64,000 nucleotides of DNA, taken from contig NC_090392.1 in assembly GCF_036365525.1 (NCBI RefSeq), forward strand, positions 74,602,345 through 74,666,344. The letters are read 5' to 3'. A program made the translations under genes and the position numbers. Source of the DNA: Heterodontus francisci. Its lineage: Eukaryota. Shown one piece after another: positions 25,624 to 37,778 of this stretch (positions are counted from its first letter, which is position 1; every line of letters starts with the position of its first letter). Under the pieces are notes generated by a model that had not been told where the DNA came from, made no database searches, and saw only the letters and a program-made list of their open reading frames with translations.

Positions 25624-26504
25624 AATGTTTTATGTGATTGTTGCAAAGGGGCACCAGACAGCAAAAGGGCGCCTATTCAATTGGGACCATAATTCATATA
25701 TATTTAATGTGTTAAACATGGAATAACAGAGACTGAACATGGGATAAAGATGTCACACAGATCTTTTGCTGCATTATCGCCTTTAAACAAGCATCCTTGA
25801 AGCAGACTTTGGGTGCCCCACTGGTCATCTGGCTCCGGCTACCTCACCATAAAAAAGGTCCTTGGGTATGTGACCATCTTCCATCCTGCGGACGTGTCCG
25901 ATCCACCAAAGCCGCCTGTGTTTGGTCAGTGCCAACACGCTTGGGATCTGTCTTTGAGAGGACTCCCACATTTATGATTTTGTCCTGTCAGGCCATACCC
26001 ATAATGCACCGCAGACAGTGAAGGTGGCCCATGTTTCACAGACATACAGCAAGCTGCTGAGATCGCGAATGACACTGGGGCTAAAGGGGTCAAATCAAGA
26101 GAATAGGTTGTATAGTCTAGATTTATATTTCCAGGTGTATGGAAGATTAAGGGGTGATCTAATTGAGATCTTAAGACAATTAAAGGATTTGATAGGGTAG
26201 ATAGAGAGAAACTATTTCTCTGGCAGCGAGAGTTCAAACAAGCGGGCATAAATACATACCCATCTAGGCACTTCCAGGCATTAACACCTAGCATCAGCAG
26301 AGGCCATCTAGTAAGGGTCAGACCCAATCCAGTTATTGCCTCATTTAATCTTAATGGACTATCCCCAAAAAAACAGGTCATGTCAACCTAATGGACCTCA
26401 ATAAACTATTACTCATACCGAAAGCCCAGTTGGTGTGAACACAGCCAGTTGGTCTCTGAGAAGGGCTACTTTGGAATAATGCAATGCATAGCTGGGTTAC
26501 TTCT

Positions 26505-26858
26505 TAATAGTGTCAGCCTTGGCTCTAAACCACAGGGTAGAAGGTTGTAAAGCCCCACTTCAGAGACTTGAGCACACAACCTAGGGTGACACTCCACTGC
26601 AGTACTGAAGGAATGCTGCACTGTCAGAGGTGCTGTCTTCTGGATAAGACATTAAACTGAGACCTGTCTGCCCTTGTAGACAGGATGTGAAAGCTCCCAA
26701 GGGAGTATTTCGATGATGAACAAAGAAACTCTCCCCGAGCTTGGCTGTTCTTACATTACAAAAGTGAGAATACTTCAAAAGTACTTCATTGGCTGTAAAA
26801 CACTTTGGGATGTCCTGAAATCATGAAAGACGCTATATAATTGCAAGTTTTTCTTTCT
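26505..26858 (+). mobile_element. Deu-domain tRNA-SINE in the putative intron
   Basis: Reverse complement of the 5040-5446 family. Confidence 0.75.
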
Positions 26859-27186
26859 AATTGAACTTGATTTTAACCCTGAACATACTGAAATGAGAAG
26901 ACAGAATTTAAAAAAGTAGGAGAAAAATTTCACATTTTGTCACGTTAGAAAATGAATACACAAAGTACAGACAATGTAAACATATAAACCTAACCCAGAT
27001 ATTTTAAAGGGTTTTTACTCTGTCTTTCTGGAGAAGTCTAAATATACCAATTCTTCATTTTACAGTCTCTCACTAGTTTTCTCATGAAAGTATACTTCAG
27101 GCTGTGGGTGAGACCTTAGCAATAAATGTTTCCTCTTACAGGTCTCATGTGACAACAGAAGAAGAAGGTAAACACCGGTCAGAAAA

Positions 27187-27831
27187 ATGTCTGTTGAGTT
27201 TTATGGGTGGCAGGTCATCTACGAGGATAAAGGGCACCTGAAATCGGGACAGGAGCTTCAAAGTGGCAGTGGCTATACTATGTACCATGGGACCCACAAA
27301 AACAATGCTGCAAATATAATATGTTCAGGGTTTGTACCATCCAAGGATGGGCTCCTGGGTCCTGGCGTGTACATTAGCAGAGATATGAATAAAGCAAGGG
27401 CATACCCAAAACAAATAGCAGCCCAGGATAGAGTGGTCTTCAAGCTGAAAGTTAGAGTTGGAAAAGTGAAGAAAATAGATATGGATAATCATCCCCTTCA
27501 AACAACCTGGCATCAGAATGGCTACGACTCTGCCTGGATCCCACCGAAATGTGGGATGATGTGCATTCCTAGTGGAAAAGAAGAAGACTGCGTCTGGGAT
27601 CCCAAACGGATTACGGTGGTGGATATCGCCTATGCAGATGACCAGGTCAAGAAGGATCTGAGGAAGCTGATACGCCAACAGACGATGGCCAAGAAAGAGA
27701 AGGTCAAGGGTCAGTGTGACATCTGTGGCTTTCAGAAATATTCGTCTCATTTAACTCAGAGATGCTGGGGGTGTGAGAAGGTCATCTGCCCTTTTATGAG
27801 CAAACATGTTTGTAAACAAAGAAGGAAATAG
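27187..27831 (+). CDS. gig2: Gig2-like PARP-like ADP-ribosyltransferase with C-terminal Cys/His finger (214 aa), copy 1
   Basis: Intact ORF with YTMYHGT, GLLGPGVYISRD, LKVRVGKVKKID, HPLQTTW, GYDSAWIPP and EEDCVWDP, typical of the Gig2 family; acceptor tttcctcttacag ends at 27141. Confidence 0.9.
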   Translation: MSVEFYGWQVIYEDKGHLKSGQELQSGSGYTMYHGTHKNNAANIICSGFVPSKDGLLGPGVYISRDMNKARAYPKQIAAQDRVVFKLKVRVGKVKKIDMDNHPLQTTWHQNGYDSAWIPPKCGMMCIPSGKEEDCVWDPKRITVVDIAYADDQVKKDLRKLIRQQTMAKKEKVKGQCDICGFQKYSSHLTQRCWGCEKVICPFMSKHVCKQRRK

Positions 27832-29427
27832 GGAGATTTTGCTGGTGGTTGCTTTTAAACCATTGTCTGTTTTTGAATGAGCTAATTTTTCTCTTCAGTC
27901 CTGCTCCTTCCCTTCACTATTAATATTAAGAATATCAGGAATAAGGAAAGGTCTTTAGATCCAACAAGCTGTTTCCCCAGTTGCCTGCTTCTCACCATAT
28001 CCATCAATTCTATCTCCTTCCAGAAACACATATGATTGTGTCGCAAGCCCATTTATACATCGAAATGGCCAATGACATAGACACCATATTCTGCTTTGGG
28101 CAAATAAGCTTTGTGACATTCCTTCTCAGCCCAAATTTCCAAATGTTTCATTAACTCCTCCTTCACATGCTTCTCTGAAGCTGGAAGGCAGTTGATTGGC
28201 CCTCCAGCTTCAAGAGCCTATTCGTCACCCTTAATTGGACAGGCAACTTATCTCCATGCCAATTAAGGGGGTGTCCTGGTCAAAATTCCAATCCCGGGAG
28301 TGGGCTCGGGACTCGGAAACAGTGTTGGCTCCCATTTTCCGCCCTGAGGCAAAAGTTCAGCCACATAAATCTAACACTCATACAAGCATCAGGAGTCCTC
28401 CCCTAGAAAGCTTAGAGAGTGAATACACCACTCCACGTGTTACTGAGTCATACATTGTAGGAGTGTTCCAGGCTCAAATCTCCATGTTGAGTTGGGAGAT
28501 TTCAGATGGAGTAGCAGTTTGGGTGCTGCTATTTGCTTGATCTGTCTTGGGGTAAGCAAGAGAAAAATCAGCCAGGGCACCTGTTCATGATCACCATCCA
28601 GCCCAATCCATTCAGCCGTGCATGAGCAGTTTCAGGCAAGGAATGGATTGGACTTAGCTGTGATGCCATCTGTGGTTAAATAGCTTGCCCTGACTATTTA
28701 AATGAACACATAATAAATGACCAATGGATGACTAGCCACACATATGGAGGTGTACGCCAAGGAGGAGGAGAGTAGATCAAAGCACACAAAGGCCTGGGCT
28801 ATTGTGGTAACCACTTTGTAAGGATCATGTTTCTGTATCATGATACAGAGATACAAGGTGTGGAAGTCCTTTCTTATTACAGTAACATTGTACAATATAC
28901 AATATCAAGTTTACAGTTTCAACTAAACTGCCTTCTTTCATTACATTGTTGTCAGAAACAGAAGTAACACTAATTAGATTTTGCAGTAAGTGGGTATAAT
29001 ATTGACTTCAGGGGATATCATGCTCTATAATAGTGTAATATTTAGTTTTCCATTGTCCTTACCTATTTAAAATAACAGTTAAACTGTTCACAAAGGTGTT
29101 TCACATGTATGAATTAACTTATGTGCTACCAAAGGAAATTAACCCCTGGGGTTTTGAGGAGATAAACTTTGCACTAAACTCATATGGGCAATACTCTTAA
29201 TAGTCTGTGGTGTTTCCTGCTTACTTTTAAAAATGTACCACTTTCTACAATGATTTACTTTTTCTATTGTGAATTAGCACAGCCTGCATTGTAAAACTGC
29301 ATAAAAAATATGTCAAAGGAAGTTGGATATGAATCATCTTGTAGTGAACATTATCACAGCTCAGTACTGGTAAAGGAACACAGCTTTGGCAGAAAATGTT
29401 TATGTCTAAACTTTTTCCATTTGTTTA

Positions 29428-29433
29428 AATAAA
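29428..29433 (+). terminator. Candidate polyadenylation signal of Gig2 copy 1
   Basis: AATAAA at the end of an AT-rich unique tract about 1.6 kb downstream of the stop codon. Confidence 0.3.
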
Positions 29434-29569
29434 GAGCCTGTGAATAATTTTGGAATCCTCATGTAACTTACACTTGAGACATCTGTGTCTAAAAATGGTG
29501 GAGTGATTCTTTGGCAAAGGGAAAAACTCCTTTTGATAAAACAGCCTTGAAGATAAAGGTGCTTTTTAA

Positions 29570-29955
29570 ATTCATTCTTGGGACGTGAGCATTGCTGGCA
29601 AGGCCAGCATTTATTGCCCGCCCCTCTCATGGCCCATGAGAAGGTGGTGGTGGTGAACTGAGTGGCTTGCTAGGCCATTTCAGAGTCAACTACATTGCTG
29701 TGGGTCTGGAGCCACATGTAGGCCAGACTGGGTAAGTTTGGCAGATTTTCTCCTCTGGAAGACTTTAGTGAACCAGATGCTTTTTTTTTACAACAATCCA
29801 GTAGTTTCATAAGCATTATTATTGAGACGAGTATTTCATTCCAGATTTATTAATTGATTGAATTTAAATTCCCCCAGCTGCTGTGGTGGGATTTAAGTTC
29901 ATGTTGCCGGAGCATTATTCCAGGCCTCTGGATTACTAGTCCAATAACATTACCA
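29570..29955 (-). mobile_element. Bipartite tRNA-headed SINE sharing head and tail with the Zenon-like LINE
   Basis: Tail ggccagcatttattgccc joined to gagtggcttgctaggccatttcagag...gattactagtcca. Confidence 0.75.
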
Positions 29956-30227
29956 TTCTGTACCTTTTTCATTCTTGGTCACCAACTCCAAGTGTGAGGG
30001 CAAGCGAGCAATCAACGTTTGCGCTTCTGCCTGTGCTGCTGTGTGACTGGGGATGAGGGAGGCTGGTGCAAAGTGACTCTCCCTGCCAAACTCTCCTCCT
30101 CTCTGTCCATGCATAAGCACATGGATAGTATCAGAATACTTTCCCCAATGGCTTAGAACGTGAGCATCTGCACCCAACAGACTAGGACTGTCCAACAATT
30201 GATTTTTGCAGGAAAAATGAAGAAAGA

Positions 30228-30625
30228 CTGGCATTTATAAAGTACTTTTCACAATTTTATGATATCTAAAAGTGAATAACTGTCAATGAAATGCTTTTTA
30301 TTTTCAAGTGTTGTAATGGAGGGAGCCCGGGAAGTTAAATTGCAACAACAGTGTAATAGTGAGCAGATAATATGCTTTTTAGTGATTTGTTGAGGGATAT
30401 ATATTAACCAGGACAGTGGGGAGAACTCCCCCACTCTTCTTTGAATAGTGTCATTGAATCTTTTACATCCACTTGAGAGGGGAGACATCTGAAAGATGGC
30501 ACCTCTGACAGTGCAGTACTCCGTTGCAGTATCAGCTAAGTTTCTGTGCCCAAGACGTTAGAGTGGGACTTAAATCCACAGCCTTCAGATGCAGAGGCAG
30601 GCAATCTCCCCACTGAACCACAACT
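30228..30625 (-). mobile_element. Degenerate Deu-domain SINE
   Basis: Similar to 5040-5446. Confidence 0.6.
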
Positions 30626-32243
30626 CACACAGTTTAGGCCCATTGTAATTCCCCTAACAGGAGTGGTATGAGGGGTATTACAGTTGGCCTGAGCACCCTT
30701 TAGGCTAAAGAGGGAAAACTGGCCAGGGATACTATTCATAACCACCATACAGCGATCTCCACTGGAAGTTCAACAGCTGGTACAAGGATGAGAATCTTTA
30801 GATATAAGTAGCAATTCCCATTGGAACAGAAAATGTTAAGAGATTTGACAGTGAGATTCCAAATTGATGAGCTTTGATAAGGTAAAGGAGGTAAAAGACT
30901 CTTCTGATGCCCTACGTCATTTTGACAATTTCCAGTTTCCTGGCCCTAACCGCCTCCTCTTCACTATAGACTTCCAATCTCTCTACACCTCCATCCCCCA
31001 CCAAGATGGTTTGAGGGCTCTCCGCTTCTTCCTTGAACAGAGGCCCAACTACTCCCATTCACCACCACCCTCCTCCGCCAGACTGAACTTGTTCTCACTT
31101 TGAACAACTTCTCCTTCAACTCCACTCACTTCCTTCAAGTAAGAGGTGTTGCGAATAGGTACCCGCATGGGTCCTAGTTATGCCTGTCTTTTTGAGGGAT
31201 ATGTCGAACATTCCTTGTTCCAGTCCTACTCTGGCCCCCTCCACCAACTCTTTTTCCGGTACGTTGATGACTGTATTGGTGCCGTTTCCTGCTCCCGCCC
31301 CGAACTGGAAAACTTTTTCAACTTTGCTTCCAATTTCCACCCTTCTCTCACCTGACATGGTCCATCTCTGACATTCTCTATCTCCATCTCTGGGGATAGG
31401 CTGTCTACTAATATTCATTATAAGCCCACTGACTCACATGGCTACCTTGACTACACTTCCTCACACCCTGTCCCCTGTAAGGACTCCATTCCATTCTCCC
31501 AGTTTCTCAGACTCTAATGCATCTGCTCTGATGATGCAACCTTCCACAACAGCTCTTCTGAGATGTCTCCCTTTTTCCACAACCAAGGATTTCCCCCCCC
31601 CCCACTATGGTTGAAAGGGCCCTCAACCGTGTCCAGCCCATTTTGCACACCTCTGCCCTCACCCCTTCCCCTCCCTCCCAGAACCACAACTGGGTTCCCC
31701 TTGTCCTCACTTTCCACCCTACCAGCCTCCGCATCCTCTGCCATTTCTGCCACCTCCAGCGTGATGCTGCTAACAAACGCATCTTCCCCTCCCCTGTCAG
31801 AATTCCAAAGGGATCATTCCCTCTGCGACCCCTGATCCTCTCCTGCATTACCCCCAACACCTCGGCCCCTTCTCACAGCACCTTCCCATGCAACTGCAGG
31901 AGGTGTAATACCTGCCCATTTACCTCCTCTCTCCTTGCTAACCAAGATCCCAAACACTCCTTTCAGGTGAAGCAGCGATTTACTTGTTCTTCTTTCAATT
32001 TAGTATACTGTATTCACTGCTCACAATGCAGTCTCCTTGTTTGGCGACCACACGCAGACTGGGTGACCGCTTTGCAGAACACCTCCGCTCAGTCCATAAC
32101 CATGACCCCGAGCATCCTGTCGCTTGCCATTTCAACACTCCCCCCTGCACTCATGCCCACATCTCTATTCTGGGCTTACTGCAGTGTTCCAGTGAACATC
32201 AACACAAGCTCAAGGAACAGCACCTCATTTACCGATTAGGCAC

Positions 32244-32936
32244 TGTTGACCCTTTCTCTCTCTGGGGTGTCAACTGACGTGATGGACAAAGATACACTGA
32301 AACCACAGTCTCATATAACTTCACTTTATTAATACTTAAATCACTTAAAGCATACAAGTGCTTAATTACTTCTTCAACTTTGCGTCAAACTCACTATTCT
32401 CGGTTATTACTGCTTACAATAGGTCGCAAGACTCACGACTTGAACTTAAATACTACCTGTGAGAGGCAAACTGGCCAGGCTCCCTCCGCGTGGGTTGTAG
32501 TCTTCTCTGAGTGCCGAATTCAGGGTCTTCCTTTGCGATGGTTGGTCCCAGGTTGTCGCTGCCGAAGCTTCGAATCCCTCCTGCTTTTATATGTTTTCTT
32601 CTGGTTTCCAGAATGTTAGAGACGGTTACATCATCTAGGACCCTCATGATTCTAAAGTCACCTGTCCAAGGGTCTCGTAAACAGGCCACATCTGCTCCAT
32701 TGTTCTCTTATCCATTCTTAATATAGCATCCTTGATAACCGCAAGACTAACGACTCTTGATGCCTAGGATCTGCTCAGTCAGTAGTCTAGTTTTGTTTCT
32801 TCTTCCTTCATAACAGATTGACCGTCACAAAACCACAACCTCAGCTCTTCTTTCGCAGATCTGGTGTTTGTGTGAGCTTGGCCTTTTTTCCCATCATGCT
32901 TTGTAGAGACTTGACATTAGCATCTTGCTGTCTACA
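32244..32936 (-). mobile_element. Solo LTR (693 bp)
   Basis: TGT...ACA termini, 4-bp TSD GCAC (32240-32243 and 32937-32940); minus-strand TATAAAA (about 32585-32591) and AATAAA (32325-32330). Confidence 0.85.
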
Positions 32937-33328
32937 GCACGCTACAGCCTACCGGACTGAACATTGAGTTCATCAGAGCATGATTGGCCCACATTTTTTA
33001 TTTTCAGTTTCACTTTTTATTTTTATTTCATTTTATTATAGTTTGTTTCATCATTCAATTTTTTTTATCATGTGCTTGCCCACTGTTTTCTTTTCATGTT
33101 TGTGCATTTGGCTAGGGCTTTCATTATTCTGTCATATAACACCCTCTCTGCACTAACGCTTTGTAGTTCATCACACCATTAACACACTCTATGCCTTTGC
33201 CTTTGCCCCATGACATCCTTGTCAGTTATTCTCTGTGACCCTATGGCCTATCAACATGTTCTCTTTTGTTCTCTTTGGCCCCACCCCCACTTTATTTCCT
33301 TAAAACCTATTACATTTTTAACCATTGC

Positions 33329-33366
33329 CAGTTCTGATGAAAGGTCACTGACCTGAAACGTTAATT
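33329..33366 (+). ncRNA. Minimal type I hammerhead ribozyme with intact catalytic core
   Basis: cAGTT-CTGATGA-aAGGTC act GACCT-GAAAC-GTT-AATT. Confidence 0.7.
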
Positions 33367-33471
33367 TTGCGTCTCTGTCCACAGATGCTGCCAGATCTGC
33401 TGAGTATTTTCTGGCACTTTTTGTTTTTGTTTTTATTAAAGGAGGAACAATAGTTGATAAGTGAATAACTC

Positions 33472-35232
33472 ACGAAATCAATAAAAGAGAATGAAACCGT
33501 ACTGACCACCCGGCATCGACTTAGGCACCTGAAACAACAATGGCAAACACAGCCCTGTCGACCCTGCAAAGTCCTCCTTACTAACATCTGGGGGCGTGTG
33601 ACAAAGTTGGGAGAGCTGTCCCACAGACTAGTCAAGCAACAGCCTGACATAATCATAGTCATGGAATCATACCTTACAGACAATGTCCCAGACACTGCCA
33701 TCACTATCCCCGGGTATGCCCTGTCCCACCGGCAGGACAGACCCAGCAGAGGTGGCGGCACAGTGGCATACAGTCGGGAGAGAGTTGCCCTGGGAGACTT
33801 CAACATCGCCTCTGGACCCCATGAAGTCTCATGACATCAGGTCAAACATGGGCAAGGAAACCTCCTGCTGATTACCACCTACCGCATTCCCTCGGCTGAT
33901 GAATCAGTACGCCTCCATGTTGATCACCACTTGGAGGAAGCACTGAGGGTGGCAAGGACACAGAATATACTCTCAGTAGGGGACTTCAATGTCCATCACC
34001 AAGAGTGGCTCGATAGCACCACTACTAACCGAGCTGGCCAAGTCCTAAAGGACATAGCTGCTAGACTGGGTCTGCGACAGGTGGTGAGGGTACCAACATG
34101 AGGGAAAAACATACTTGATCTTATCCTCACCAATCTGCCTGCCACAAATGCATCTGTCCATAACAGTATTGGTAGGAGTGACCATCGCACAGTCCTAGTC
34201 GAGACGAAGTCCCGTCTTCACATTGAGGATACCCTCCATCGTGTTGTGTGGCACTACCACTGTGCTAAATAGGATAGATTTCGTACAAATCTAGCAATGC
34301 AAAACTGGGCATCCATGAAATGCTGTGGGCCATCAGCAGCAGCTGAATTGTTCTCATCCACCATCTGTAACCTCATGGCCCGGCATAATCCATGTAGAAA
34401 TGCAGCAAGACCTGGACAAACCCAGGCTTGGGCTGATAAGTGGCAAATAACATTCGCGCCACAGAAGTGCCAGTCAATGGCAATCTTCAACAAGAGAGAA
34501 TCTAACCATCTCCCCTTGACATTCAGCGGCATTACGATTGCCGAATCCCCCACTATCAACATCCTCGGGGTTACCATTGACCAGAAACTGAACTGGAGCA
34601 GCCACATAAATACCGTGGCTACAAGAGCAGGTCAGAGGCTAGGAATTTTGTGGCGAGTAACTCCCCTCCTGACTCCCCAAAGCCTGTCCACCATCTACAA
34701 GGCACAAGTCAGGAGTGTGATGAAATACTCTCCACTTGCCTGGATGGGTGCAGCTCCAACAACACTCAAGAAGCTCGACACCATCCAGGACAAAGCAGCC
34801 CGCTTGATTGGCACCCCATCTACGAACCTTCACTCCCTCCACCACCGACGCACAGTGGCAGCAGTGTGTACCATCTACAAGATGCGCTGCAGTAATGCAC
34901 CAAGGCTCCTTAGGCAGCACCTTCCAAACCCACGACCTCTACCACCTGGAAAGACAAGGGCAGCAAATGCATGGGAACACCACCACCTGTAGGTTCCCCT
35001 CCAAGTCACACACCATCCTGACTTGGAACTATACTGCCGTTCCTTCACTGTCGCTGGGTCAAAATCCTGGAACTCCCTTCTTAACAGCACTGTGGGTGTA
35101 CCTACCTCACATGGACTGCAGCGGTTCAAGAAGGCAGCTCACCACCACCTTCTCAAGGGCAATTAGGGATGGGCAATAAATACTGGCCTAGCCAGCGACG
35201 CCCACATCCCATGAATGAATAAAAAGAAAAAA
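33472..35232 (+). mobile_element. Zenon-like LINE with a large internal deletion
   Basis: Endonuclease region (DIIIVMESYL, GDFN) joins late RT directly at about 34392; tail catgaatgaataaaaa. Confidence 0.85.
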
Positions 35233-35835
35233 TAAAGGCTTATTTCTAAGATTCTCACCAAAAGAATCAAGATAGAGGTTAGGAAAAGGTTTTAAAAATT
35301 AAACGGGCGAGTATTTGAAGAATAGAAAAGGGAATGGTGAAAGGGCAGGTGAATGGCACTAAATGGATAGCTCTTCAGAGAGCTGGCACAGGGGCAATGG
35401 GCCAAATGGCCTTCTTCTGTGCTGTAATGTTCAACAATTCTATGTGTAGGATTAGTTTGTCTTTGATGTCGTTTCCCCCAGTCAGAGAACTCATCAACAT
35501 TTAGGTCAAGCCATGGGTGGGAATAAAAGCCACTTGAACAATGTATCACAGGGCTATCAGGGCCTGTAGGCCAGTACTCCAGCAGTTAACAGCACCTTCA
35601 GCAGAAGAGGGATAAAATTAGTAAGCAGAAAAATTAAGAAATACTCTCTGCATATTAGGAGGGGTAGTGATGCCTTCGGAGTTTGAGGGAAAATAAACAG
35701 CAAGATGTCAGGATTTGGATCCAGGATTATCATTAGTGGCTCTGCCGCTCCCACTTAGCTCCAGGCTGTTTAAGTAGTTTATCTGTGTTCTGGGCCCTTT
35801 AAATAGTGACATAATTAACAAGGCAGCCTGTTTTT

Positions 35836-35985
35836 TTTCTATTTCAGGATATTGAAATTGAAAGTTAAATATTGCCGAGGAGTGTGAATTTTAAGCTGCT
35901 CTCAAACTTCGGAAGGAATCTACTTTTACAGCTTAAACTTTTCATCCACTGACTCAATTCAGATCAGTTGATCAAGTTGGTGAGT
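35836..35985 (+). promoter_or_regulatory. Candidate ISRE pair and upstream non-coding exon of Gig2 copy 2
   Basis: TTTCTATTTCA (35836-35846), GAAATTGAAAGT (35854-35865), donor TTG|GTGAGT (GT at 35980). Confidence 0.4.
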
Positions 35986-37053
35986 TAGTTGTTATGTTAT
36001 ATATTGAGTATTTTGGACTGTTTATCGGATGTCTAAAAGACATGACCACTACAGACATTTTATATATGACTCCTTCCTGATTGTTTCTCTCATTGTAACT
36101 GTTTGAAGTATATGTTTTACCACTCTGTACGTGAGACCCATTTTGGGTTTTGAATTCTAAATGTAGCACACTTGCTGGTTGAGTGGATAAATGTCCTCTG
36201 CATGAGCTTTACAAACCAGGAAGTATCAGTCATAATTCCCAACGTGTCTAACTGGGGTGGGGCTACAATCAGCCTCAGTGCCCTGACCAGAGAAGGAAAA
36301 AAAAATCAGGCTTCCTGCTCCTGATTTCTCTCCTGAGAACTTTCCTGAAAAAATGCGGTTATCAGGTGAGGACAGGACTTGACTTCACAGCGATGCTCTC
36401 CATGGTTGAATATCCTACTGGTATTCATTGACCAGTTATTAGGTGGGGGGAGGGGGGTTTGACACCCATGAAATAGTATCCTGGCTTCAATCAACAACTT
36501 CAGGAACAGCTCGGGGAAAATGGAGAGCGACTTATGTCACTGATTAGTTGATATTGTTTCTATTGTTCTTAGGGCTAATGGGATCAAGGGATAGGGGGAG
36601 AAAGCGGGAACAGCTTACTGAGTTTGGATGATCAGCCATGATCGTATAGAATGGCGGAGCAGGCTCGAAAGGCCAAATGGCCTGCTCCTGCTCCTATTTT
36701 TCTATGTTTCTATAACCCAGTGATATAAATATTGTTGAAGAATCATGGAATCGTGCTGCAGAGAAGAAGACCCTTCGGCCGAGTGTGCCTGTGCCAGATC
36801 TTTGAAAGAACTATCCAAGTCCCAGTCCCCATCTTTTCCCACAGCCCTTGAAAGTTTCCTTTTCAAGTGTATATCCAATTCCCTTTTAAAAGTTATTATT
36901 GAATCTCTTTCCACTACCCTTTCAGGCAGCGCATTCCAGATCATAACAACTCACTGAATAATAAAGAATTCTCTTCATTTCCCCTCCGACGCTTTTGACA
37001 ATTATCTTAAATCTGCAACCTTTGTTTACTGACCCTCCTCCAGTGATATCAGT

Positions 37054-37778
37054 GGGCAAAATTTTCCAGGCCCTGTGGGGACAGGCTGGGAGAAGGGAAG
37101 GCTGGCAAACGCTGTGGGAAGGCATCAGGGGGTAGCTTCCTGCTGCCATTCCTTTGTGCCAGTGGTGGGAAGTTGTCCGCCCACTGGGAGACCAATTGAG
37201 CTACTTAAGTGGCCAATTAAGGGCCACTTCCCACCTCTATGGGCATTTTGCCCACATCGGGGGGACTCGCCACTGTGTGGGGAGACTGTCCAGTGAAACC
37301 TGGCAGCCTTCCAGTGGGTTCTGGGGGGTTGGGGGAGGGGAAGCTACTTTATGGGCACACCATGGCTCATGGAGGGATCCACAGGTGGCAATGGTCGCCC
37401 CCTGGGCAATAGCACCATGGAACTCAGCAAACCACCCCCCTCCCCCCCCCCCCCACAAATGCAGGCTCCACCTACCCCCAATCCAACTTACCTGTCTCAG
37501 AGGGCATCCGGCCTTTGAGGCGCCCTCTCGAGGCAACTGCAGCCTCAGTAATGGCCACCACTAGTGATGGTGCTGCTGAGTTGCTGGCCCTCTGATTAGG
37601 CCAGCAGTTCTTGGGGCTGGGCTGCCATCCTCAATTGAATGGCAGCCGTGGCAACGGCCACTTAATTGGCCGCCACCCGCAAAATGCAGCCCTAGGTCCT
37701 GCCGCCCACTGAAGTTGTGTTGGCTCCCATTTTTGACACCGGAGGCGGGACTTCTGCCATCTCAGGAAAATTCAGCCC
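37054..37778. mobile_element. Harbinger-type MITE, related family
   Basis: Termini GGGCAAAATTTTCC and GGAAAATTCAGCCC; GC-rich body with cttaagtggccaattaa. Confidence 0.7.

Larger units (their letters stand above)
30897..33436 (+). mobile_element. Degenerate Penelope-like element interrupted by a solo LTR
   Basis: RT motifs LFTIDFQSLYTSIP, GTRMGPSYACLF, FRYVDD; GIY-YIG remnant; same 3' tail as 9120-9597. Confidence 0.9.

Noticed and set aside
27325-27750. Antisense ORFs over the Gig2 genes, also 41006-41243 and 63543-63740
   Set aside because: Shadow frames of the real coding strand, not conserved as a unit between paralogs.
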